Assembly (NCBI GenBank): GCA_965246715.1
Contig: CBDFFH010000033.1
Span: forward strand, 1 to 36,302
Source of the DNA: Chamaesiphon sp.
GTDB lineage: Bacteria; Cyanobacteriota; Cyanobacteriia; Cyanobacteriales; Chamaesiphonaceae
DNA length: 36,302 nucleotides
Direction: 5' to 3'
The notes under the pieces were generated by a model. It was not told where the DNA came from and did not search any database. It was given only the letters and a program-made list of their open reading frames with translations. The position numbers were made by a program, and so were the translations under genes. Below, one piece after another: positions 19,043 to 27,839 of this stretch; position 1 is the first letter of the stretch, and each line of letters opens with the position of its first letter.

Positions 19043-19681
19043 ATGTCGCGGATAAAAGTTCGGCAACACGTTAATCCTTTAAGTATTATCTATCGACAGC
19101 CACCGATTTTCCCCGATTGGACGGAAATTTATAGCGATTTGTCCTTACCCATTCATTTAGATATCGGCTGTGCCTGGGGACGATTTCTGCTACAAATGGC
19201 GCAGCAAGATCGATCGTGGAACTATCTGGGAATTGAAATTCGGGAAGCTTTAGTCGTCCATGCCAATCAGAAACGGGACGAAATCGACTCGACTAATTTA
19301 CATTATGTGTTTGGAAATATCAATACTTCCCTCGATCGACTCCTGGCATCGCTCCCACCGGGTAAATTGCAACGGATTAGCATCCAATATCCCGATCCGT
19401 GTTTCAAAAATAGACATGCCAAACGGCGGGTAGTCCAACCAGAATTAGTCAATGATATCGAGCGGTATCTTCCCAGTGGTGGCCAAGTGTTTCTCCAATC
19501 CGATCTCGAATGGGTAGCACAGGAAATGTGCGATCGATTTAGCGAAAATCCAGCCTTCGAGCGAACTCAGTCGCAATGGCTAGAACCCAACCCTTTTGGC
19601 GTACCGACAGAGCGCGAGGTATCGACATTGAGTAAAGGTTTACCAGTACATCGAGCAATTTATCGGGTCGTGAGTCATTAA
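19043..19681 (+). CDS. trmB: tRNA (guanine-N7)-methyltransferase
   Basis: Motifs VRQHVNPL, LDIGC..G.F, LGIEIR, IQ.PDP.FK.RH.KRR, QSD and PTERE. Confidence 0.95.
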   Translation: MSRIKVRQHVNPLSIIYRQPPIFPDWTEIYSDLSLPIHLDIGCAWGRFLLQMAQQDRSWNYLGIEIREALVVHANQKRDEIDSTNLHYVFGNINTSLDRLLASLPPGKLQRISIQYPDPCFKNRHAKRRVVQPELVNDIERYLPSGGQVFLQSDLEWVAQEMCDRFSENPAFERTQSQWLEPNPFGVPTEREVSTLSKGLPVHRAIYRVVSH

Positions 19682-19697
19682 TTTAGACTGTAAGACC

Positions 19698-21177
19698 TAC
19701 CCCTGTTAAGGTGACAAAAGCATGACTAAGTAGTGAGGAGCCGAAAAGTAGCAATATGAGGATGTTTGGGGTCATACTTCTTCTTTGTGGGCGGCTTTTT
19801 TGCTCCTCGTGGGGACGACAAGAAACGTTTGAGATTCACATGACTTGCACATGCTCGCAAAAACTCCGCTAACAAAAGCACACTCATGTGTGCAAAAGGT
19901 TGCCAATCCTCAGCACAGATCGCAATCTCCATCCCTCGAAAAGTTGACTGGACTTCTTCAACCACATAATAATTGGATAAGCTCGACTCAATTTTTCCGG
20001 CACCATGAACATCTTTAAGCGCAGCTTTAACCGTAGATAGAATGTTAAACGCCATCAGTGCTATACAAAAAACGCACAATGCCGCTTTGGGATAACCCAA
20101 TGTCTTGAGTTCACAATTAAAAGTATCAGTAATAACTTGGAACATCTGTTCGATTTGCCATCGATTGAGGTAAAGATCTGCCACCATGATGGCTGTCACC
20201 TCTGTCTGAGGCAAATTAGTTAACACTGTTACTTGTAAATCGCCATGACGAGTTGAGTGTTTCAGTTGAATCGTCACTCGGCGGACAAAAAGACCACTAT
20301 CGAGTCGAACCTGTTGCTCGAAAATAGTGCCACTGTCATTTTGCCCAACTGCCAATCTTGGTGTTATTTCCGTCCATTTCAAACCCAGGTGCTCTCGAAT
20401 CACAAAACTGGCTCCATGTGTACTAATACCAGTCAAAAAGTCCTTGGTGCAAAAATTCCGGTCAGCAATCCATACTTGCCCTGCTTTGACCGTTTCGAGC
20501 ACTAATGGTAGCAACGATCGCTCTTGAGCGTGAGCATCTTCTTCTGGAAATACATCCACGACCATTTCTCGCTGCGGGTCTAGTACCGCGATTGCTTGTC
20601 CTGGCAAGGCTCCTGCAACTTCTGGTCGTAATACCTTTAGTCGATGTTCTGTGCCCCCGATATGATTCCCATCAATGATTCTGACTTCGGATCCTGGTAA
20701 GACGACCTTAATTGCTTGAGTAAATTCTGTGACTACTGAGGAAAGTTGTTCGCCACTATACCGCACCAATGCCTGAGACAAATTAGGTTCTAGCCCATTG
20801 ATTTTGGCATACAAGGATACTTTCGACACCCCCACTACTTTCTCGAATGCTTTGTAAGCGGCACCCACTGATGGATAAATCCCGCAGACGACTAAGCTCA
20901 TGATTCCGACTACGTTTGAGAATAAGAGTTCTCTGGTGTACTGCCGCTCGGCAGTGTCTTCAAACAACCGCTCTAGTTGCTCTGTGGCAAAGATTCTTTC
21001 CATAATTGCTCTTACCATCACTGTCAAAGGTGTCTGTTCTACAAATCTCTCAAAGATGTCACTAATCATCTTCAATTCCCTCACTCTGCTTAGGTTTTCA
21101 GCTTTCGAGTCAGATTATACTCGGCTTTTATGCCCTTTGAGGCTCTACCAGTACAACAGCTCACCTTAACAGGGGTA
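19698..21177 (-). mobile_element. Complete IS4-family insertion sequence (1480 bp)
   Basis: Perfect 17-bp TIRs TACCCCTGTTAAGGTGA (19698-19714 and 21161-21177), an exact 11-bp target duplication ACTGTAAGACC (19687-19697 and 21178-21188), and one transposase ORF. Confidence 0.95.
19726..21069 (-). CDS. IS4-family DDE transposase
   Basis: IIDGN (first Asp), IADRNF (second Asp) and YLNRWQIE (Y-2-R-3-E signature). The ATG at 21069 has a GAGGGA RBS 7 nt upstream and a TATAAT at 21119-21114; alternative GTG at 21084. Confidence 0.93.
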   Translation of the reverse strand: MISDIFERFVEQTPLTVMVRAIMERIFATEQLERLFEDTAERQYTRELLFSNVVGIMSLVVCGIYPSVGAAYKAFEKVVGVSKVSLYAKINGLEPNLSQALVRYSGEQLSSVVTEFTQAIKVVLPGSEVRIIDGNHIGGTEHRLKVLRPEVAGALPGQAIAVLDPQREMVVDVFPEEDAHAQERSLLPLVLETVKAGQVWIADRNFCTKDFLTGISTHGASFVIREHLGLKWTEITPRLAVGQNDSGTIFEQQVRLDSGLFVRRVTIQLKHSTRHGDLQVTVLTNLPQTEVTAIMVADLYLNRWQIEQMFQVITDTFNCELKTLGYPKAALCVFCIALMAFNILSTVKAALKDVHGAGKIESSLSNYYVVEEVQSTFRGMEIAICAEDWQPFAHMSVLLLAEFLRACASHVNLKRFLSSPRGAKKPPTKKKYDPKHPHIATFRLLTT

Positions 21178-21180
21178 ACT

Positions 21181-21216
21181 GTAAGACCCCCGACTTCTGG
21201 GAGAAGTCGGGGGTCT
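21181..21216. repeat. REP-like hairpin GTA-AGACCCCCGACTTCT-ggg-AGAAGTCGGGGGTCT (IS target site)
   Basis: Perfect 15-bp stem, same family as 9811-9847; its first bases belong to the IS target duplication. Confidence 0.85.
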
Positions 21217-21232
21217 GTTTTACACGGCTAGA

Positions 21233-22396
21233 TCATTTAGCTGCCTTGTATACCAACCAACCACCGATCGCAATCCCGATAAAGTTGGGCATCCACCCCG
21301 CAAAAAAGGGTGAAATAATCTCAGCTTGTCCTAGCGCCGCAAAAACAAACATCATTAGATAATAGCCAAAAATCAGCAATACGCTCACACCAAAGCTCGT
21401 CGCTTTTCCCGTGCGTTGGGGGCGAATACCCGTTGCTGCACCCATCAAACCAAACACGATACAAATAAACGGAAAGGCTAATTGTCGTTGAATCGTTACT
21501 GCGACATTGAGGATTTTTTTCTTATCGCCACTGAGCCGGATTGTCTCTGCATAATCGACTAGTTCGGAGACACTCATATCACTAACATTCTTATCTGGTG
21601 CGGCTAGATCGAATGGTGATTTGGGTAATTGTAACTGTTGATGTTGAAACGTCACGATGTTGCGGTAGGAGGCATCGGGAGCGATCAGATAAATCGTGCC
21701 ATCAGTAAACTCCCAAGTATTTTTGGCCTCATTCCAGACCGCCGAGCGCGCATTGAGAATTTGGCTCAAACCCCTGTCTTGCTGCGATCGATCTACAATT
21801 GTCAATCCAGTCATGGTTTTACCATCAAATTTCTCGGCATAAAATAATCGCACCAAAACTTGCTCTTTAATCCCATTGCGATCGATTTCTTTGTATTCAG
21901 GTACGATAATATTATCTTTTTTAAATGTCGGCTTGTCCTGTTTTAAGGCTTTGGTCAGCGTAATCGTGGCTTGTTGACTCGCTGCGGGTACCAGCCACTC
22001 ATTAAAGAAAAAGGTCACGCCAGTCACGATCGTACTCAATACTAGTGCGGGTAAAATCAACCGATAGATACTTACCCCGACACTCCGAAAGGCAATAATC
22101 TCGCTATCTGCGGAAAATCTACTATAGGTTATCATCCCCGATAGCAGAATCGACATTGGAAAAGAGTAAACCACAAATTGTGGCATTTTGAGTGCCATGA
22201 CTTCGGCCGCGACCGTCAGCGGCAAACCCGCTTCAGTCACCTGTCTGACAAGATCGAACAAGCTTCCGACCGCCAAAATAATTGAGGAAAATGCTCCCAC
22301 GCCAAATAAAAATGGCATCAGTAATTGGGTGATGATATATCGATCCATCACGGAAATTCCTGGTAGAAATATCTGCGAAAAACTTGTTTTACCCAC
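21233..22396 (-). CDS. LPS export permease, LptF/LptG family
   Basis: Motifs MDRYI, PMS.LL, S.DSE..A.RS.GVS..R, A.PF...VFG..G and AGWMPN; downstream of lptB. Confidence 0.92.
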   Translation of the reverse strand: MGKTSFSQIFLPGISVMDRYIITQLLMPFLFGVGAFSSIILAVGSLFDLVRQVTEAGLPLTVAAEVMALKMPQFVVYSFPMSILLSGMITYSRFSADSEIIAFRSVGVSIYRLILPALVLSTIVTGVTFFFNEWLVPAASQQATITLTKALKQDKPTFKKDNIIVPEYKEIDRNGIKEQVLVRLFYAEKFDGKTMTGLTIVDRSQQDRGLSQILNARSAVWNEAKNTWEFTDGTIYLIAPDASYRNIVTFQHQQLQLPKSPFDLAAPDKNVSDMSVSELVDYAETIRLSGDKKKILNVAVTIQRQLAFPFICIVFGLMGAATGIRPQRTGKATSFGVSVLLIFGYYLMMFVFAALGQAEIISPFFAGWMPNFIGIAIGGWLVYKAAK

Positions 22397-22472
22397 AACC
22401 CTCTAAAAATTATGAATTATGAATTTCCCGATCGATCGTTGTTCTAATGAATGAGATCTAGTTCACTAGCCC

Positions 22473-23201
22473 CTAAAATTGAAAATCGCTGCCCAGGTAA
22501 TATTGTCTCACCAGGGGGTTACTATACATCTCTTCGGTATTGCCAGAGGCGATCACCTGGCCAGCGCTCATGATGTATGCTCGATCGGTAATTGCTAACG
22601 TGGCGCGAACGTCATGATCGGTAATCAAGATCCCCATATTGCGATCGCGTAATTGGGCGACGATCTTTTGAATTTCGGCGACGGCAATCGGATCTACACC
22701 AGCAAATGGTTCGTCCAGGAATAGAAATTTTGGCCCATTAACGCCAGCAGCTAAGGAACGAGCTAATTCGGCGCGTCGCCGCTCGCCCCCAGATAGCTGA
22801 CTTCCCAGGCTATAGGCTACTTTTTGAAGACTAAATTCCGAAATCAGATCGTGGATTTTTTGATTCCACAGCTTGCGCGGTACTTGAGTTTGCTCCAGCA
22901 CCAGCAGGATATTATCGACCACCGTCAGACTGCGAAAGATACTTGGTTCTTGTGCGAGATACCCCACACCTAACCGCGCCCGTTGGTGGATAGATAGACT
23001 CGTAATATCCTCATCATCCAGCCAGATCTTCCCGCGATCGGGTTTCGTTAGTCCGGTGGCGGTATAAAAGGTGACTGTTTTCCCAGCACCGTTAGGGCCG
23101 AGCAACCCAACCACCTCCCCCTGCGCTACCGACAGACTGACATTATTGACAATATTCCTCTTGCCGTAAGCTTTACTAATGTTTTCGAGGATAATTTTCA
23201 C
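22473..23201 (-). CDS. lptB: LPS export ABC transporter ATP-binding protein
   Basis: Motifs GLLGPNGAGKT, YLAQEPSIFR, LSGGERRR.E, LDEPFAGVDP, ITDH and YLG. Confidence 0.95.
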   Translation of the reverse strand: MKIILENISKAYGKRNIVNNVSLSVAQGEVVGLLGPNGAGKTVTFYTATGLTKPDRGKIWLDDEDITSLSIHQRARLGVGYLAQEPSIFRSLTVVDNILLVLEQTQVPRKLWNQKIHDLISEFSLQKVAYSLGSQLSGGERRRAELARSLAAGVNGPKFLFLDEPFAGVDPIAVAEIQKIVAQLRDRNMGILITDHDVRATLAITDRAYIMSAGQVIASGNTEEMYSNPLVRQYYLGSDFQF

Positions 23202-23350
23202 GGGTTAGGGACGAGGGGGCAAGGGGCAACGGACGAGAGCAATGAATTTAGTTGATAGGTATAGTGTTAGCTGTTCGAGATCGTGAAATAAGACTAGATT
23301 GCCATTCAAAATATCTTAGTCTGCTATTTTCTAGTCCCTAATCCCGATCC

Positions 23351-24073
23351 CTACTGTTTCTTGTCAGGAATAATATAAATAGATTGCACGGGGATTCCAG
23401 GTTTTTGTTTGGCGATGAATCGTCCTTCATCGATCAGATAGGTAATCGTATCCCCTTGTAAACTGCTACCATCGTTAACTACCAAGACATTACCAGATAA
23501 GACGATCTGCTTGGCCTTGATGTTGTATCGAGCGAAATTTGCTCGAGCTTGGAGTTTTTTATCGGGATAGCTCAGCCGCACATTCCCTGTCGCGGTAATA
23601 GTCTCCGCTTTAGTATTGGCTTCTTGCAGATTGGAGAGAATAGTCAGCCCTTTACCACCTTGTTCGGGGATGATGTAGTTACTGCGAACTTGTTGCTTGA
23701 CCTTGGGGTTGGCAATAAATTTCCCTTCATCGACCAGATAAATTACACTCTCTCCTTCTAGAGTATTACCCTCCTGAACGATCGTCACGTTACCCGTCAG
23801 AATAATTCGCTTCTGTTTGATAAAATACTGAGCGAGATTGGCTTGAGCGCGAACTTGGCGGCTAGGGTAGTTGAGCCGGACATTACCCCTGGCGGTGACT
23901 ACTTCCGTTTTAGAATTTGCTTCTTGAGAATCTGCTTGGATCGATAATCCTTGCGCATTTGGCTGTTGAGCATGGACTGGAGCGATGTGGATGGGTACTA
24001 TAATCGTGCCGCCAAATCCGATAAATGGCAGGATTAATAACCATCGCCAATGAGTGTGAGTTAAACGTTGCAT
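23351..24073 (-). CDS. lptA: LptA/OstA-family periplasmic protein with two tandem OstA domains
   Basis: Signal peptide ending VHA-Q, then two 97-aa repeats (QEAN.K...TA.GNVRL.YP...L.GNV...YL.DEG.FIA); first gene before lptB. Confidence 0.85.
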   Translation of the reverse strand: MQRLTHTHWRWLLILPFIGFGGTIIVPIHIAPVHAQQPNAQGLSIQADSQEANSKTEVVTARGNVRLNYPSRQVRAQANLAQYFIKQKRIILTGNVTIVQEGNTLEGESVIYLVDEGKFIANPKVKQQVRSNYIIPEQGGKGLTILSNLQEANTKAETITATGNVRLSYPDKKLQARANFARYNIKAKQIVLSGNVLVVNDGSSLQGDTITYLIDEGRFIAKQKPGIPVQSIYIIPDKKQ

Positions 24074-24312
24074 GTATTAAATCTTATCTGGATTTGGCCG
24101 TCTAGCTTGGAAGAATCCAAGAAATTCAGAGCGACCGATCGATCGGAACTGAGTCTTAAGCTGGTTGACGTGCTTGATTTACGATAAGTTTCGATCTATG
24201 CAAGACATACCCGCGCCCCCTGTGTTTTCAATCCAGAGATGAAGGCGCACGGCTTTACAAGCGAAGGCTTCGCCAACAGCAGTAGTAGGCTGACATTGGC
24301 TGCAAAGGCATT

Positions 24313-25740
24313 TTATTGTTGAGTATTCAACCATTCGATCGATTGCTTGAGACTAGATGACAACATATCATCTCCTGTACGAAAGTCACGATCTAGCTCG
24401 TGTGTAAAGAATACGGATGAGTTATTTTTCTTCACTAATTCTACGAAGTTAGTAGTATCTGCTAGCGATATTGTCGTCAAGCGATCGTCATGAAAAATAA
24501 AGATTGGTTTAGTCATTTTATCGATATTATTATGCGGCGAACTGCGATCGATAAATTCTTTATATCCTGGAACTGATTTCGAGACAGTCTCGACTAAAGT
24601 ACTATATTGTCCAGGTAGAGTGGTAACTGGCGAAAAAGCGATCGCGGCTTTAATCCGTTTATCGGTTGCGGCTACCATCAATGATATCGTCCCGCCTGAA
24701 CCAGTACCAGCAGTATACATAGCATTTGGATCGATTTGTGGAATCCTGGCAACTGCATAATCGATCGCTAATTTAGCATTTAAAACACCTGCATCAGAGG
24801 CTTTATATGCTTTGATGAGGTATATCAAAATTTGCTTTTGTCGAGCGTCGAATGATTCAGCCCGATTGATTACATTAATATCGCCGACCGCTCCATCTAC
24901 ATCATAGGCTATCACCGCATAGCCAGCTTTGGCATATTTAACAAAGTCCCCAGTATTCATCTCCTCTAGTGTCCGCCCAGCAAACGGTGCTGATGGTTCT
25001 GTTCCAGATGCTGCGACAAATATGCAGGGGAGTTTTGGCTTAGCTGGATGAGTTGGCAGAAATACTATAAATTTTGAGGGATAAATACCTCTGGGGAAGA
25101 CGACTTGATACTGCATGACTTCAGGATCGTTGTGAATAGTTCCCAATCCTGGCAATTGATTGACATCGATATAAGTTAGCGGCTTCTGCTCTATACTTCC
25201 AAAGATCCGTGAAATTCCATATACTGTACAGATCCCAACGCCTAATGCAATCAAAGCAGAGAAAGATCTCAGTAAGTATAAACTGTTTCGCCCAGGCATA
25301 CTATGTGTGGGTCGATACTCTGAGTCCGATTTTTCTTGAGCTGAGTAACTCAGTTGTCTTCGTGAAGTAGCAATCGGTACGGGAATTTCAGAACTATCAT
25401 CTTCTACTTCTGAAACTTCCGACTTGCTAAGTGACATTTTTTTGATTAAAAATGCGTTGGAGTCAGCCTTTTTGCGTTTATAAACAGCTAAATCCAGGAT
25501 ATCTGCTGCGGCAATATGTTCGATTTTCTTACCTAAATCTACCGCCAAGTCCTGCGCTTCCAGAAATTTTGGAGTTTGTAGCATCAGGTTGAGAGTTTCG
25601 CCATCGAGTTCGATCGAGAATTCTACCCCTTCTACATCGAGATTGGCTAGTGTGTCTCGCACGCAATTGTGAATTTCAAATAGATCTAGTCGATCTTGAG
25701 GATCGTTTGCGGTAGGGGAAGCTTCAAATACTGATGACAT
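24313..25740 (-). CDS. Membrane-anchored alpha/beta-hydrolase-fold protein (S9 peptidase-like), possibly inactive
   Basis: Acidic N-terminal domain, one TM segment (LIALGVGICTVYGI), then KLPCIF, Y.KAGYAVIAYD, IDPN..YTAG...GG, SSP and PIFIFH. Confidence 0.75.
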   Translation of the reverse strand: MSSVFEASPTANDPQDRLDLFEIHNCVRDTLANLDVEGVEFSIELDGETLNLMLQTPKFLEAQDLAVDLGKKIEHIAAADILDLAVYKRKKADSNAFLIKKMSLSKSEVSEVEDDSSEIPVPIATSRRQLSYSAQEKSDSEYRPTHSMPGRNSLYLLRSFSALIALGVGICTVYGISRIFGSIEQKPLTYIDVNQLPGLGTIHNDPEVMQYQVVFPRGIYPSKFIVFLPTHPAKPKLPCIFVAASGTEPSAPFAGRTLEEMNTGDFVKYAKAGYAVIAYDVDGAVGDINVINRAESFDARQKQILIYLIKAYKASDAGVLNAKLAIDYAVARIPQIDPNAMYTAGTGSGGTISLMVAATDKRIKAAIAFSPVTTLPGQYSTLVETVSKSVPGYKEFIDRSSPHNNIDKMTKPIFIFHDDRLTTISLADTTNFVELVKKNNSSVFFTHELDRDFRTGDDMLSSSLKQSIEWLNTQQ

Positions 25741-25852
25741 GGGGAATATTACTGACAGATTAGATCGCCGCTCAAGCTTAGTTATCCCAAACTAGTAAGG
25801 TGAATTACTACCTACTCACAAATCAAATTTGGTTGCTATAGTTGAAAAAATG

Positions 25853-25965
25853 GGCGTTGCTGAATGCAGGTATGATTCAACAAATGTGCAATAGCTAGAA
25901 TCATCGGTAGGGGCAATTCATAAATTGCCCCTACCGATGGTTTCATACATCAATTCAGCAACGCC
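25853..25965. mobile_element. MITE-like element C (113 bp) with REP-like cargo
   Basis: TIR GGCGTTGCTGAAT (13 bp perfect, 20/23 when extended), an exact 8-bp direct repeat AAAAAATG (25845-25852 and 25966-25973), and an internal 17-bp-arm palindrome at 25902-25939. Confidence 0.88.
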
Positions 25966-26124
25966 AAAAAATGCGCTCTATCTTACAACTTGTCAAAAAA
26001 TTGTTTTCGAGCAACAAATCAAACACGAAATCAAACATCGGACTGCCATACTAAGAATTGTTAACAGTTTTTCATTTACAGGATGACCGACTGGTAACAA
26101 GCGATATATACCTAGGTGAAACAC

Positions 26125-26532
26125 ATGGCTGATATCATTGATACTGCGGTTGGAGCTGGTTCGTTTAGCACTTTAGCGGCTGCACTCACAGCGGCTAAGT
26201 TAGTAGATACGCTCAAAGGCGCGGGGCCATTCACAGTTTTTGCACCTACAGATGATGCATTTGCCAAACTGCCCGCAGGGACAGTTGATGCTCTGCTCAA
26301 GGACATTCCTAAACTCACAAAAATCCTTACCTATCACGTTGTCTCTGGCAAAGTCATGGCAGCTGATGTCGTGAAACTAAAATCGGCTAAAACTGTTGAA
26401 GGTTCTGAAGTTAAAATTGATGCTACCAACGGTGTCAAGATTAACGATGCTACCGTTACGACTCCCGATGTAGCTGCCGATAATGGTGTCATTCACATCA
26501 TTGATTCCGTACTCATGCCTCCGTCTGCGTAA
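26125..26532 (+). CDS. Fasciclin (FAS1) domain protein
   Basis: H1 motif [19 protein letters not shown] and H2 motif [14 protein letters not shown] at 26125 (alternative GTG at 26116); no signal peptide. Confidence 0.93.
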   Translation: MADIIDTAVGAGSFSTLAAALTAAKLVDTLKGAGPFTVFAPTDDAFAKLPAGTVDALLKDIPKLTKILTYHVVSGKVMAADVVKLKSAKTVEGSEVKIDATNGVKINDATVTTPDVAADNGVIHIIDSVLMPPSA

Positions 26533-26622
26533 TAGATTTTTCCAACTAGCAAACGCTAGCTAGGAATCTAATAGTTAGGCAGCTAGCTTAAATAATTCGT
26601 GTGGATTATCTAATCTAGATCG

Positions 26623-26649
26623 AACCCAACAGACTAGCTCTGTTGGGTT
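26623..26649. terminator. Stem-loop between convergent fasciclin and hisC genes
   Basis: AACCCAACAGA-ctagc-TCTGTTGGGTT, a perfect 11-bp stem. Confidence 0.55.
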
Positions 26650-26750
26650 TCGTACTTTTGGGCGTATTTAGCTAAAATTTTGACGTTGCTGGATCGAAAA
26701 ACGATCGGGAAAGCGGCGTTCTAACAACAGCAAAGCAGATGATGCCGCGA

Positions 26751-27806
26751 TTAAGATCGCAACCGTACTAAATTTTCAATGAGCAACTGATTTTGATCTT
26801 CATGGCCGATCGTAATTCTCAGTTTATCATCCAAGCCAGGACTGTCAAAATAGCGGACTAAAATCCCTCGCTCTTTGAGCGCTCGATACAGTCGGTCTGC
26901 TTCACCTGCCAATGGTATTGTTGCCAGCACAAAGTTACCATGAGATTCACCAACTTGAAAACCTAACTTTCGTAAATCGATCGTGAGTTGTGTTCGAGAT
27001 ATTTTAACTCGATCGGCACAGCTATTTTTGTAACTTTGGTCGCGCATCGCTGCGGCACCAACTAATGTCGCGATCGCATCAACATTGTAGCTATCTTTGA
27101 CTTTAAATAAACCCGACAATAACTGTGGATTGGCAATGCCAAATCCCAATCGCAACCCAGCCAGCGAATAACCTTTCGATAGCGTTCGCAACACGATGAC
27201 ATTAGCTAATTCCCGCACTAACGGGAGTGCTGACTCCGGTGCAAAATCCACATACGCTTCATCGATAACCAATACGCCCTCAAGCTGGCTGGCTAACGCC
27301 CGTAAATCTTCGATCGGCACCAAATGACCAGAAGGGCTATTCGGCGAAGCCACAAAGGTCACAGCCCCCTGAGCTGCAACCAAATCCGCGATCGGTAGTC
27401 GCCAATCGGCTAGATAGGGAATTTCCACCGTCAGCGCTGGTTGCATCGCGGAGATCGTTCGATACAACACGTAAGTGGGCATCGGGTAAACGACACGTCG
27501 CTCGGTTCCCTCCGCGCAGGCTCGCACCAGTACGTTTAATAATTCGTCGCTGCCATTACCCACGACGATCCAATCTGCGGGGATATCTAACGCCTCACTT
27601 ACCGCCTGGCAAAACTCCCGCGCGAACGGATCGGGATAACGTCTGAGCCATTCTACATCGATATTTCGCAACACCTCGATCGCGTGAGGTGATGGCGGAT
27701 AAGGGTTTTCATTCGTATTGAGCTTGATAATCGGCGTTCCTGGCTTGGGCTGTTCCCCAGGAATATACCCAACCATACAATCGATCGCCGGACGAAAATA
27801 GCTCAT
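26751..27806 (-). CDS. hisC: Histidinol-phosphate aminotransferase
   Basis: Motifs KLNTNENPYPPS, GNGSDE, DEAYVDF, RTLSK.YSLAGLRLG (PLP lysine) and LRITIG. Confidence 0.93.
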   Translation of the reverse strand: MSYFRPAIDCMVGYIPGEQPKPGTPIIKLNTNENPYPPSPHAIEVLRNIDVEWLRRYPDPFAREFCQAVSEALDIPADWIVVGNGSDELLNVLVRACAEGTERRVVYPMPTYVLYRTISAMQPALTVEIPYLADWRLPIADLVAAQGAVTFVASPNSPSGHLVPIEDLRALASQLEGVLVIDEAYVDFAPESALPLVRELANVIVLRTLSKGYSLAGLRLGFGIANPQLLSGLFKVKDSYNVDAIATLVGAAAMRDQSYKNSCADRVKISRTQLTIDLRKLGFQVGESHGNFVLATIPLAGEADRLYRALKERGILVRYFDSPGLDDKLRITIGHEDQNQLLIENLVRLRS

Positions 27807-27839
27807 TAAATTATGAATGGGTGAGGAATTGCTGCGATT

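Noticed and set aside
26095..26108. NtcA-like site GTA-N8-TAT upstream of the fasciclin gene
   Set aside because: It mismatches GTA-N8-TAC and is too close to the start codon for the canonical promoter layout.
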